From an uncultured Spirochaetota bacterium (GTDB lineage: Bacteria; Spirochaetota; Spirochaetia; SZUA-6; Fen-1364): a DNA stretch of 64,000 nt. Positions 10,519 through 24,417 of this stretch are shown here, piece by piece (position 1 is the stretch's first letter; each line of letters opens with the position of its first letter). The notes beneath the pieces were generated by a model that searched no databases, was not told the DNA's origin, and saw only the letters and a program-made list of their open reading frames with translations. Position numbers and translations under genes: made by a program. The DNA lies in assembly GCA_963745235.1 (NCBI GenBank), contig CAVUXE010000073.1:42932-106931 (forward strand). Direction: 5' to 3'.

Positions 10519-11924
10519 GCCAGGCAGTCCAGCAGGAAAGCGAACGCCGCAACCGCCGTGTCGTTGTCCCCCGACGAGTGGCTTGCGCTCACCATGTCCC
10601 TTCCGTTGCGGGTCAGGACGCCGCAACTGTGCACCATGAAGGAGTACTCTTCGAGGATCCCCCTGCGGAACATGATCTCCTGCAGCGCATCCGGTCCGGT
10701 GATGGGGACGGCGTGAGGCGCGGTCATCTCGATGCGGATGATCCCGCCGAAATTGTAGGCGAAAAAGCCGGAGGCGCGCCCGCGAAAGAGCGAGTTGAGC
10801 TTGTCAACGTAGTCGGAGGCCGAGGTGAAAAGCCGGTCCATGACGCCGGGCTTCTCCAGCTCGACGAAGGTGTAATATGCCGCGGCTGCCGACAGGACGG
10901 TGCCGGGAAGCGTTCCCGCCAGGTAGGCAAAAGGCCGTCCGTCCGGGATCACCCCCGCGCTCGCTGTTTCCATCACATCCGCCCTGCCGCATACGGCGCC
11001 GCAGGACGGCCACCCGCTCATGAGCGCTTTTCCAAGTGTGGTGATGTCCGGCTTCACCCCCAGGGCTCCCTGGGCCCCCCCCAGCCCCATTCGCAGACCG
11101 GTGACTACTTCGTCGAAAACGTAGAGCGCCCCATGCCTGTGGGCGATCTCGATGGCCGCCTCGTGGAAACCGTCAGCGAACGGGACCAGCCCTGACTCCC
11201 CGCCGACCGGTTCGCAGAAAATAGCGGCTATCCCTCCGTCGGCTGCGTTGTCCTCCAGCGCCTTTTCCAGCGCCTCCAGGTTGTTCGGCGGAATGAGGAC
11301 GGTCAGGTCAAGGATCTCTCCCGGGATGCCCTGGGAGAGGAACCTGCCGCTTCCCGGGATCTCCATGTCCGTCATGAAGGTGTCGCTCCACCCGTGGTAA
11401 CCGGCCATGAACTTGGCCACCTTCTTCTTTCCCGTGAACGACCTTGCAATCCGGGCCGCCGCCGCGTTGGCCTCCGTGCCGGAGGAGGTGAAGCGCACGC
11501 GCTGGACTCCGGGAAAGTGGCCTATGATCTTTTCCGCGGCCTTGATCTCCATTTCGTCGGAGAAGCCGTGGAACCAGGTCTTTTTTTCGATCACCTCCAT
11601 CATGCTGCGCTTCAGGCCCTCGTGGTTGTGCCCCAGGATGATGGGTCCGCCCGCAAGGATATAGTCGACGTATTCGTTCCCGTCCACGTCCCAGATCCTG
11701 CTCCCCTGGCCGCGCTCCATGAAAAGCGGGTAGGGAACGCTCGGGGCCCACGCATGCTCGCAGCCCCGGGGCAGCGTTTTCCCCGCCTTCTCGAAGAGGC
11801 GGGCGGATGCAGCGGTCCGGCCTTGGAACTCCTTGAGCGCTTTCTCCCTCTTCTCGGGGTCCAGCTTCCTGACAGGGCGCTCGGCGAGCGCCCGCGTGCG
11901 ATCCACGATGTCCTGGTACTTCAT
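10515..11924 (-). CDS. Class III PLP aminotransferase (GSA-aminomutase-like fold, N-terminal extension)
   Basis: DVDGNEYVDY, SSGTEAN, YHGWSD, FDEVVTGLR, TLGKAL. Confidence 0.85.
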   Translation of the reverse strand: MKYQDIVDRTRALAERPVRKLDPEKREKALKEFQGRTAASARLFEKAGKTLPRGCEHAWAPSVPYPLFMERGQGSRIWDVDGNEYVDYILAGGPIILGHNHEGLKRSMMEVIEKKTWFHGFSDEMEIKAAEKIIGHFPGVQRVRFTSSGTEANAAAARIARSFTGKKKVAKFMAGYHGWSDTFMTDMEIPGSGRFLSQGIPGEILDLTVLIPPNNLEALEKALEDNAADGGIAAIFCEPVGGESGLVPFADGFHEAAIEIAHRHGALYVFDEVVTGLRMGLGGAQGALGVKPDITTLGKALMSGWPSCGAVCGRADVMETASAGVIPDGRPFAYLAGTLPGTVLSAAAAYYTFVELEKPGVMDRLFTSASDYVDKLNSLFRGRASGFFAYNFGGIIRIEMTAPHAVPITGPDALQEIMFRRGILEEYSFMVHSCGVLTRNGRDMVSASHSSGDNDTAVAAFAFLLDCLA

Positions 11925-11998
11925 ATGGGGCCCGAGTATAGGGGAACGGAGCCGTGCTTGCCAGTCCCGGCCGCCCGGGGCTACACTGCCGGCGCGCC

Positions 11999-13900
11999 AT
12001 GAACAGCAGCGAGCTTGAAGCACTTCTTGGAGACATCCGCCGGGTTCGTATCGGAGTGATCGGGGACTTCTGCCTGGATGTCTATTGGGAGCTGGATTCT
12101 TCCCTGTCGGAGATGTCCATCGAGACAGGGCTTCCTACCCGGGCGGTCCGCCTCCAGCGCCATTCTCTCGGCGGGGCCGGCAACGTTGCGAACAACCTCG
12201 TTGCCATGGGCGTTGGAAAGGTCAGCGCTTTCGGCCTCCTTGGCGATGACCCCTTCGGCAGGGAGATGCTGCGGCTCCTCCAGTCCGCCTGCGTCGACAC
12301 GCGCGGCGTCGTTGTCTCCACCCATGAATGGGCGACTCCCGTCTACATCAAGCCAATCGAAGCCGGCACGGAACAGGGGAGGATAGACTTCGGCGGCGCG
12401 AACCAGATGGGTTCCGCAGCTGTCGCATCTCTTCTCGAGGCTCTCACGGCTGAGCTGCGGAACCTCGACCTCGTCATCGTCAACCAGCAGCTTCCCCACG
12501 GCATCCACACGGAAGAGCTTCGCCGCGGTCTGTGCGCGCTCATCGGCCGGTCATCAGTGCCATTCATCGTCGACAGCCGGGCTTTCAGTGATTCCTTCGA
12601 CGGCGCAATCCGCAAGCTGAACGACCGCGAGGCGCTGCGGCTGTGCGGCACGCAATGGAGCCAGGACGGGCAGGTCCCGCGCGAAACGGCAGCTGCCGCG
12701 GCCGGGGCCCTCTTCGACAGGTGGGGCAAGCCTGTCTTTGTCACCCGGGGGGCGCGTGGAATCCTCGGGCGGGATGAGAGAGGCCTCTTCGAAGTTCCCG
12801 GTCTCCAGATAATCGGAAGGGTCGACACGGTGGGGGCAGGGGACAGCGCCCTGGCCGGCATTTCTTCAGCTCTCGCCGCCGGGCGCCGGTGCGAGGAGGC
12901 GGCAATCCTCGGGAACTTCGCGGCCGGGGTCACTGTTCGGAAGCTTTTCATCACGGGAACGGCCTCGCCCCAGGAGATTCTCACCCTGGGCGCGGACCCC
13001 GACTATGTTCTGCGGCCAGAGCTCGCGGAAGAACCGCGCTCCGCGATTCGTCACGCGGAGACGGATATCGAGATCGTTTCAGGGTTGCCCCGGATTCCCG
13101 CTTTCACGCATGCCATCCTCGATTTCGACGGCACTATTTCCACGCTTCGAGAGGGATGGGAAAAGATCATGGCGCCGGTCATGATCCGCAGCATCCTCGG
13201 TGAGGCATGGCAGGGCGCCGCCGCGGATGTCTTCCAGGGAGTCGCAGAAAGAGTTCGGGCCTATATCGATGCAACCACCGGCGTTCAAACCATCGTCCAG
13301 ATGCAGGGGCTCGTGGAGATGGTGCGGGAGCTCGGCTTCGTCCCGGCCTCGCACAGGAAGGACGCGCGCGGCTACAAGGCAGATTACGACAGGGAGCTGC
13401 AGGCGATGGTGGGCGCAAGGATTGCGCTCCTTCATCGGGGCGATCTGTCAATCGACGACTTCATGATCAAGGGCGCGCTGCAGCTCCTCGAGGCCCTGCG
13501 CAGGGCGGGGATGCAGCTTTTCCTCGCAAGCGGCACTGATGAAAACCACGTCGTGCGGGAGGCGGAAGTGCTGGGAGTGGCACGGTTCTTTGGCGGGCGC
13601 ATCGTGGGCTCTATCGGAGATCCGAAAATAGAGGCGAAGAAGGTCGTCCTGCAGCGGATTGCGGACACGGTGGGAGCGGAGGCGTTGTCCACGCTTGTCA
13701 CTTTTGGCGATGGCCCCGTTGAGATCCGGGAAACGAAAAAGCGCGGAGGATACGCCATTGGCGTGGCAAGCGACGAGCCCCGCCGGTTCGGCTGGAACCT
13801 GGCAAAGCGAAGTCGCCTGATCCGCGCAGGATCAGACCTGGCAGTGCCGGATTTCCTCCAGTGGAAACCGCTCCTCGAGCTGCTCGGCATCCGCGCATGA
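11999..13900 (+). CDS. RfaE/HldA-like PfkB kinase fused to a HAD phosphatase
   Basis: N-terminal VIGDFCLDVY, GGAGNVANNL, DTVGAGDS; C-terminal LDFDGT, ASGT, GDGPVE in one reading frame. Confidence 0.85.
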   Translation: MNSSELEALLGDIRRVRIGVIGDFCLDVYWELDSSLSEMSIETGLPTRAVRLQRHSLGGAGNVANNLVAMGVGKVSAFGLLGDDPFGREMLRLLQSACVDTRGVVVSTHEWATPVYIKPIEAGTEQGRIDFGGANQMGSAAVASLLEALTAELRNLDLVIVNQQLPHGIHTEELRRGLCALIGRSSVPFIVDSRAFSDSFDGAIRKLNDREALRLCGTQWSQDGQVPRETAAAAAGALFDRWGKPVFVTRGARGILGRDERGLFEVPGLQIIGRVDTVGAGDSALAGISSALAAGRRCEEAAILGNFAAGVTVRKLFITGTASPQEILTLGADPDYVLRPELAEEPRSAIRHAETDIEIVSGLPRIPAFTHAILDFDGTISTLREGWEKIMAPVMIRSILGEAWQGAAADVFQGVAERVRAYIDATTGVQTIVQMQGLVEMVRELGFVPASHRKDARGYKADYDRELQAMVGARIALLHRGDLSIDDFMIKGALQLLEALRRAGMQLFLASGTDENHVVREAEVLGVARFFGGRIVGSIGDPKIEAKKVVLQRIADTVGAEALSTLVTFGDGPVEIRETKKRGGYAIGVASDEPRRFGWNLAKRSRLIRAGSDLAVPDFLQWKPLLELLGIRA

Positions 13901-15000
13901 GCTTTCCCTCGTTCGACCGATGGGCCATCAGGTTCAAGCCTCTCTCCCAAAGGCAGAACAAGGTGATCGTTCCGAGGGACCTTGTTCTGCCGCAGGCCGC
14001 CGGGCGGGAGCTGTCTGGGCAACCCGCTGAAACTCTTCGGGAGGCGGCGGCGCGGATCAGGGCTGCGCGCTCCGCGGGACGGCCCGTTGTGTGCGCGTTC
14101 GGGGCCCACGCAATCAAGAACGGCCTCGGACCCGTGCTCACCGAGTTGATGTCGCGGGGATGGCTTACCCACCTCGCCACCAACGGCGCCGGGATCATCC
14201 ACGACTGGGAGATCGCCTTCCAGGGCAAGACGAGCGAAGACGTGCGCGCAAACGTGGCACAGGGCGAGTTCGGCATCTGGGAAGAGACGGGACGTTACAT
14301 CAACCTTGGCCTGCTTGTCGGAGCCTATGAGGGCATGGGGTACGGCCAGTCCATTGGAGCGCTCATTGCAAACGAAGGACTCCAGGTCCCTGAGGTGGAG
14401 GAGCTGCGCCTCTTCGCCCAGGAGCTGCTGCGGGAGGACCCCGACCGGGCGGCGGCAGCCGCGGACCTTCTTGCAGTCCTCGAAGCAGCGGGAGTTCCCG
14501 CGGGGTTCCTGAAGGTCCCGCATCCGTTCCGCCGCTACAGCGCCCAGGCAGCGGCCCGGGAGCTCCATATCCCGTTCACGGGCCATCCCAGCATTGGCAA
14601 CGACATCATCTACACCCATCCGTGGAACAGCGGAGGAGCAATCGGCCGCGCGGGGACACGTGACTTCCTGATCTTTGCCGCCTCCGTGAGCGGGCTTGAG
14701 GGCGGGGTCTATCTCTCGGTGGGATCGGCCGTCATGTCGCCGATGATTTTCGAAAAGGCGCTCTCCATGGCTCAGAACATCGCGCTCCAGCGCGGAGAGC
14801 TCATCCGCAACCACTACATCCTCGTGGTGGACCTCGCGGAGGCGCCCTGGGACTGGCTGCGCGATGGTGAGCCCCCTGCCGACAACCCTGCCTACTACCT
14901 GCGCTATTGCAAGACTTTTGCCCGCATGGGCGGCACAATGCGCTACCTTCGCGCAGACAACCGTGACTTCTTTCTCGCTCTCCTGCGCGAGCTGCGCTGA
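13897..15000 (+). CDS. Uncharacterised protein with a deoxyhypusine-synthase-like fold
   Basis: GAHAIKNGL, THLATNGAGIIHDWE, TSEDV, IGNDIIYTHP, GSAVMSPMIFEKAL; ATGA overlap with the upstream gene. Confidence 0.7.
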   Translation: MSFPSFDRWAIRFKPLSQRQNKVIVPRDLVLPQAAGRELSGQPAETLREAAARIRAARSAGRPVVCAFGAHAIKNGLGPVLTELMSRGWLTHLATNGAGIIHDWEIAFQGKTSEDVRANVAQGEFGIWEETGRYINLGLLVGAYEGMGYGQSIGALIANEGLQVPEVEELRLFAQELLREDPDRAAAAADLLAVLEAAGVPAGFLKVPHPFRRYSAQAAARELHIPFTGHPSIGNDIIYTHPWNSGGAIGRAGTRDFLIFAASVSGLEGGVYLSVGSAVMSPMIFEKALSMAQNIALQRGELIRNHYILVVDLAEAPWDWLRDGEPPADNPAYYLRYCKTFARMGGTMRYLRADNRDFFLALLRELR

Positions 15001-15051
15001 CAGCGGCTGCGGGCGCCGGAACCTGATGTCGGCGCCTGACACCAGCGGCAA

Positions 15052-18702
<3,651 letters not shown>

Positions 18703-18720
18703 GGACCTTCCGGCCAACGA

Positions 18721-20136
18721 ATGCAGACGTGGGAGTCCCTGGGCGCTCGAGCCATTCCCGACTGGTTTGACGACGCGAAGCTGGGCGTCATGGTTTCCTG
18801 GGGACCCTACGCTGTGCCGGCCTGGGCGCCGTCCTCGGGAGACCATGCGAAGCTCGTGGCGGAGAACGGGTGGGAGCACAGCCTGGCCAACGACCCGCGC
18901 CCGGAGTGGTACGCGAACGGCATGCGCATTCCCGGCAGCCCCACGTGGGCGCATCACCGCTCAGCGTGGGGCAGGCTCGCCCGGTATGAATCCTTTGGAC
19001 GGCTTTTTCGCCAGGGATTGAAAGCGTGGGAGCCGGCTCCTCTGGCAGACGCGCTTGCTGCCTCCGGGGCGCGGTATGTCATCGTTTCCGCCAAGCACCA
19101 TGACGGATTCCTCCTGTGGCCCAGCAGGAAACGCAACCCGAAACGCCGCGAATGGCAGACCGTCATGGACGTGGTCGGAACATTCGCTGAAACCACTCGG
19201 GAGAGGGGCATGCGGTTCGGGGTGTACTACTCGGGAGGCCTCGACTGGGCGTTTGGCGGCCTTCCCATCCGGAGCCTGGACGACCTGCTGGAGGCAATCC
19301 CGACCACCAGGACGTACGCGTCCTACGTGGATGCCCAGCTGCGCGAGCTGATCACGCGGTATCATCCGTCCATTCTCTGGAATGACGTGTGCAGCCCCGC
19401 CCGGGAAGACCTCCTGTCCCTTTTCGATTTCTATTACGATGCGGTCGAGGACGGACTGGTGAATGACAGGTTCGGGCAGTTCGATGCGGAGGAGAGCTCC
19501 GGCCTGGGTCGTCGCCTTTTCGAAACCCTCGAACGTGTGCTCCCCCTGGTGCGCAAACCTCTTTCCGTGCACGGTTCGGCCGCGCCGACTGCCCGTCACC
19601 TGGATTTCAAGACGACAGAGGACGAAGGCTCGCCCGCGGAGGATGAAGGGAAGTGGGAAAGAGTGCGGCCCATCGGCCTCCTGACGATCGAGGCGCTTGT
19701 GCATCTCCTCGTCGACACGGTGGCCCACGGCGGGAACCTGCTGCTCTGCGTCAGTCCGGGCGCCACCGGGATGGTTTCGGAGGACGTTGCCGGCCGGCTT
19801 CGCGGCCTCGGGGATTGGCTGAAGCACAACGGGGAAGCGATCTTTTCCTCCCGCAGCTGGGAGGTTACCGACGCCGTCACGGATGAGGGAGTCGACGTGC
19901 GCTACACCCGCAAGGGAATGACCGTCTATGCCATTCTCCTGGGGACCCCGGCCGGTCGTGCTTTCGTTCTCCCATCGTTGCGGCTCCTGCCCTACGCAAG
20001 CCTTCGCATCCTGGGGTCCATAGGCCACGCGGCCTGGTTTCAGGAAGGGAAGGACATCCAGGTGAGGCTCTCCGAGCCTCTTCGCGAATCTCCCGCCCAT
20101 GTGATCAGCATCACTCCGGCTCCTCGGCTGACCTGA
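18721..20136 (+). CDS. GH29 alpha-L-fucosidase-like protein with atypical active-site motifs
   Basis: PDWFDDAKLG, EWY, AKHHDGF, YYSGGLDW, LWND, VNDRF, GGNLLL, NGEAI. Confidence 0.85.
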   Translation: MQTWESLGARAIPDWFDDAKLGVMVSWGPYAVPAWAPSSGDHAKLVAENGWEHSLANDPRPEWYANGMRIPGSPTWAHHRSAWGRLARYESFGRLFRQGLKAWEPAPLADALAASGARYVIVSAKHHDGFLLWPSRKRNPKRREWQTVMDVVGTFAETTRERGMRFGVYYSGGLDWAFGGLPIRSLDDLLEAIPTTRTYASYVDAQLRELITRYHPSILWNDVCSPAREDLLSLFDFYYDAVEDGLVNDRFGQFDAEESSGLGRRLFETLERVLPLVRKPLSVHGSAAPTARHLDFKTTEDEGSPAEDEGKWERVRPIGLLTIEALVHLLVDTVAHGGNLLLCVSPGATGMVSEDVAGRLRGLGDWLKHNGEAIFSSRSWEVTDAVTDEGVDVRYTRKGMTVYAILLGTPAGRAFVLPSLRLLPYASLRILGSIGHAAWFQEGKDIQVRLSEPLRESPAHVISITPAPRLT

Positions 20137-20153
20137 TCAATTCTGGCCGTTCA

Positions 20154-21580
20154 TCAGAGACCCTGCAGCGTGTCGCCAAGCTCCGCGCAGCTGCGGGAAA
20201 AGACGTCGTACAGCTCCCCGTAGAGCTTCATCGTGTCCGGGTTCGGCATGTAGGTCTTCTGGAACCGGACCATTGCCTCGCACGCGCCCGTCAGGCTGGC
20301 GTACTCCTCCATGCCGTAGAACCCGATGCACGCGTTCCCAACGAGGTCGGAGTCCTCCTGCTCAGGCAGAAGTACGTTCTTGCCCGTGATGTCCGCGCGG
20401 ACCTGGCACCACAGGGGATGCCGGGCCTGCCCGCCGGAGACCCGCAGGTCCGTCACCGAGCAGCCGTTGCCCTCCATGGCGGCAATGATTGCGCGCACGG
20501 CAAACCCCGTGGACTCCACCACCGCTCGCATCATCTCCCGCCGCCCGTGCTCCAGCGTGAGCCCCAGGAACGCACCCGTGAGCCGCTTGTCCCAGACCGG
20601 GAACCGCTCCGTCGTCAGGAAAGGGAGAAAGAGCAGCCTGCGGGCACCCGGCGCCGCGGCCTGCGCATCCTTCCACAGTGCCTCATAATCCGCCTTCCGC
20701 CGACAGAGAGTGCGCACCGCCCAGTCGAGGGCGGACCCGGAAGAGGAGATCATTGCCGACACGTTGTACGCTCCGCGAATCACGTGCGGAAAGCACAGAA
20801 GCCGCCGGTCGTGCACGGGGACGGACCAGCAGAGGTTGATGCCTTCCGAGGTGCCCGCCCGGTCACAGGCGCGGCCAGCCGTAATGGCGCGCCGTCCCCA
20901 GGATGGACATGAGGTAGTCCGGCCCGCCCGCGATCACCGGAATCCCTGCGGGAATGCCGATGGCCTCCTGGGCTCGCTCGGACACGTCGCCCACGATCTC
21001 TCCCGGCTCCAGGTACGGCGGGAACTTCTCCGCATCCAGGTGCACCCTGGTTATCGCCTCGTCGTTCCAGAAGAACTCTTTGAAAAGCGCGGTGGGGATG
21101 ATCCGGGAGGCGTTGCCGCACAGGAAGAAGCAGATGTATTCGGCGCACGCCAGGAAGTACCTCGTCTTTTCGTACATGTCGGGCTTGTGGCGCATGATCC
21201 AGAGCGCCTTGGGGAGGTAGAAGGACGCGTCAAGGGGCGTATCGCTGAACTCGGCAATCAGGTCCGCTTCTGCCTGGGCCCTGCGGTCCATCCAGGTCAT
21301 GGCGAAGTCCAAGCGGCTCGCCCGCGGCGTCAACGGCAAGCAGCGTGGGCCCGTTTGCGCTCACCACTACTCCCCGGATGCGTCCCTTCTCCCTCAGGCC
21401 GAGCTCCGCGGTTACGATTGCCAGCCCGGCCAGCCAGTCATCCGGATCTGATACGCGATACGCGGGGTCCCTGGCCTCCCGCAGGCGAACGGGGACCTGG
21501 GCCCTGCTCACCACTTTTCCGCTGGAAGTCACCACGGCTCCCTTGAGATAGGAAGTGCCGATGTCGTAGGCCAGCATCAT
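20154..21580 (-). CDS. FGGY-family carbohydrate kinase (xylulokinase-like); two frameshifts (~21310, ~20890)
   Basis: DIGTSYLKG, TWMDRRA, GGPD, GTSEG, LFLPFL..ERFP, VSGGQA across three frames. Confidence 0.85.
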
Positions 21581-21640
21581 ATGGTCGGACTATAGCATGG
21601 CCGCACCAGCGAGGCACGCTGCCGCGCCATGCATGCCGCG

Positions 21641-21670
21641 CGACGCTTCCGCGCCCGACGCTTCCGCGCC
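21641..21670. repeat. 15-bp tandem repeat x2 (CGACGCTTCCGCGCC), plus a degenerate copy at 21614-21628
   Basis: Exact duplication ending 1 nt before the -35 box. Confidence 0.75.
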
Positions 21671-21671
21671 C

Positions 21672-21699
21672 TTGACTTTTTCAGTGGAAGGCCTAGAAT
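21672..21699 (+). promoter_or_regulatory. Sigma70 promoter upstream of the FMN riboswitch
   Basis: TTGACT, 16 bp, TAGAAT. Confidence 0.65.
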
Positions 21700-21710
21700 T
21701 CTTTCCAGCC

Positions 21711-21847
21711 TTTTCTTCGAGGCAGGGAGTATTTCCCGACCGGCGGTCATAGCCCGCAACCCCGGGAGCCAGAACCAAAACGGCGGCATCCCGGGAGGAA
21801 ACGGTGGAATTCCGTTGCCGACAGTACAGTCTGGATGGGAGAAGGAA
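21711..21847 (+). ncRNA. FMN riboswitch (RFN element)
   Basis: Conserved blocks CTTCGAGGCAGGG..TTCCCGACCGGCGGT..AGCCCGC ... CGGTG.AATTCCG..GCCGACAGTA.AGTCTGGATGGGAGAAG. Confidence 0.92.
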
Positions 21848-21853
21848 GGATGA

Positions 21854-23439
21854 ATGAGCCCGGACCTGACTATTGAGGCATCAGGCCTCACGTTTGCGTT
21901 CAAGAACAAGCTTGTCATCGACTCGATCTCGTTTTCCGTGGCGCGGGAGGAGTTCGTCACGTTCCTGGGGCCCTCCGGCTGCGGCAAGACGACGCTCCTC
22001 AACCTGATCGCCGGCATTTACATGCCCCCGTCGGCGGGGCATTGTCGGTTGATTCGCGAAGCATCTCCTTTGTGTTTCAGAACGACACCCTGCTCCCGTG
22101 GCGCAACGCTCTCAGCAACGTCCTGCTCCCTTTCGAGGTGCGCGGAGAACCCATCACCCCGCACCTCCGCGAGAGAGGGGTGAAGATACTCGACCAGCTG
22201 GGCCTCTTCGGCAGCGAGACTGCCGCCCCGGCGGAGCTCTCCGGCGGGATGAAGAAGCGCGTCGAGCTGGCCCGGGCCCTCGTCACCGAGCCGGACCTGC
22301 TGATCCTGGACGAGCCGTTCTCATCCCTGGACATCATCACCCGGGAGAAGCTGAACATCCTGCTCCGCTCCATCCACCACACCATGCGGACCGCCGTCGT
22401 CATGGTGACGCACTCGGTGGAGGAAGCCTGCTACCTTTCGGACAAGATCTACGTCCTCTCCTCCCCGCCGGCGCAGATCATCAACGTCAGGGAGCTGGGA
22501 AAGAACGGGGACGCGTTGCCGGACCAGTACCTGCTCTCCGTCCCCGAGCGTGACGCCGCCCGCGAGATCCGCAAAGACGCCAAGGTGCTCTGGACCGCGC
22601 TGCAGGAGCCGCCCCGTGAAGCCGGGGAGAACGGCGCGGGTGAGACTCCCGGCAGGCCCGGGAAGGGAGGCGGCCTTACCGCTGCGCTTCGCAATCATCT
22701 CGGAGGCGCGCTCATCCCCGTGGAGCTGGTCGCGCTGTATTTCCTCCTGGTCTTCGTAAAGACCCGGCTGCGAATTCCAGACTATCTCCTGCCCCATCCC
22801 GCCGGGATCCTGTCGCGCTTCTTGACGACCCTGGTGAGGGGCACCATCCTTCCCGACCTCGGAGCGACGGTCTACGAGTCCCTTGCGGGCTTCCTCATAG
22901 CCTTCGTCCTCACGCTCGTGCTGGGCTACTGGATAGCAAAGTCGCGCCTGCTGTCCCGGCTCCTCATGCCGTACCTCATAGCCTTCAACACCATCCCCAC
23001 CATCGCTCTTGCCCCGTTCCTGGTGCTGTGGTTCGGCTTCGGGTACACGCCGCGGATCGTCACTTCCGTGATCGTCATCTTCTTCCCCATGCTGATCACC
23101 AACATCTCGGCGACCCGCCTGGCGGAGAAGAGCATGAGCCAGCTCATCTCCTTCTTTCGACCGCGCAGGATACGCCGCTTCGTGTACTTCGAGTTCCCCG
23201 CATCGCTGCCCATGGTCGCAAGCGGAGTGAAGGTCTCCATCACGCTTTCCGTCATCGGAGCCGTGGTGGGGGAGTTCGTCTCCGGGAGCGTCGGCCTGGG
23301 ATCCCTGGTGAACGTGGCGAAGGGCAATTTCGACACGGAGCTGATGTTCGTCGGCCTCCTTTGGCTCGTGATCCTGGGGCTCGTGTACTACGGCCTGGCC
23401 ACCCTTGTGCATCGCCTGGTGGCCGTGAGGCTCAAATAA
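21854..23439 (+). CDS. NitT/TauT-type ABC ATPase fused to a permease (RibX-like); frameshift near 22035
   Basis: [30 protein letters not shown]; G/P-rich linker; then permease [13 protein letters not shown] and GAVVGEF in the same frame. Confidence 0.8.
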
Positions 23440-23453
23440 GGACAGGAGGGAGA

Positions 23454-24417
23454 ATGCGCGTTCGAAGAATTGCCGCCATCACGGCGCTGGTGCTGGGGAT
23501 GGCGGTGCAGATCGGGAGCAGGGGCCGATGACAAACCCCTCCAGAAAGTCCGTCTTGCCATAGGCTACATACCGCACGTGCAGTTCACGCCGCTCTACGT
23601 GGGGGTCGCCAAGGGCTTCTACCAGCAGGAGGGGATCGATCTCCAGCTCAATTTCGGCTTCGAGTACGACGTCTTCTCGCTCCTTGCGGCCGGGAGGATC
23701 GACGTTGGCCTGACAGACTCGGACCAGCTCATCCTGGCAGGGGCGAAGGACATCGGCCTCCAGGCGATATTCCAGTACTACCAGAAGTACCCCATCACGG
23801 TGGTTGCGCTTGCCGACAGGATACGCCAGCCCTCTGATCTCAGGGGAAAGAAGATCGGAACGCCGGATCTTTCCGGGGCCTCCTGGATCGGGCTGCAGAT
23901 ATTCCTGCACAGGTACGGGCTGGAGGGAGCGGTCCAGGTCGAAAAGATCGGCTACACGCAGGAGGCGACTCTGCGCAGCGGGAAAGCGGATGCCGTGGTG
24001 TGCTTCTTCAACAACGAGCCCATCGTGTTTCGAGGTGAAAACGTTGCCATCAGGGAATGGGACGTGAAGGATATCTCCGACATGGTGAGCGCTTCGTTCA
24101 TCAGCTCCCGGTCCATCATCGCCTCGCGAGCGGACGTGCTCGCCGCTTTTGTCAGGGCCACCCGCAAGGCCATGGCGTACACCGTGGATCATCGGGGTGA
24201 AGCGTTCCAGATTGCCGTCAAGGCGGTGGGGAACGTGCAGCCGGGCGACGAGGCGCTCTTTCGGGAGCGGCTCGACGCCACGTGCCAGCTGTTCGTCCAT
24301 CCCAAGGGGTACGGGTACATCGACGTGGACAGGTACGCCAGATCCATTGCCGAGCTTGCGACACTGGGCCTCATCCCATCCGTCTATCCCGCGGAACGGA
24401 TCGTGAAGGTCTTCTGA
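23454..24417 (+). CDS. SsuA/THI5-family substrate-binding protein (RibY-like, probable riboflavin); frameshift near 23520
   Basis: GYIPHVQFTPLYVG..KGFY..EGID, FNNEP; AGGAGG SD; located in the FMN riboswitch operon. Confidence 0.85.
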
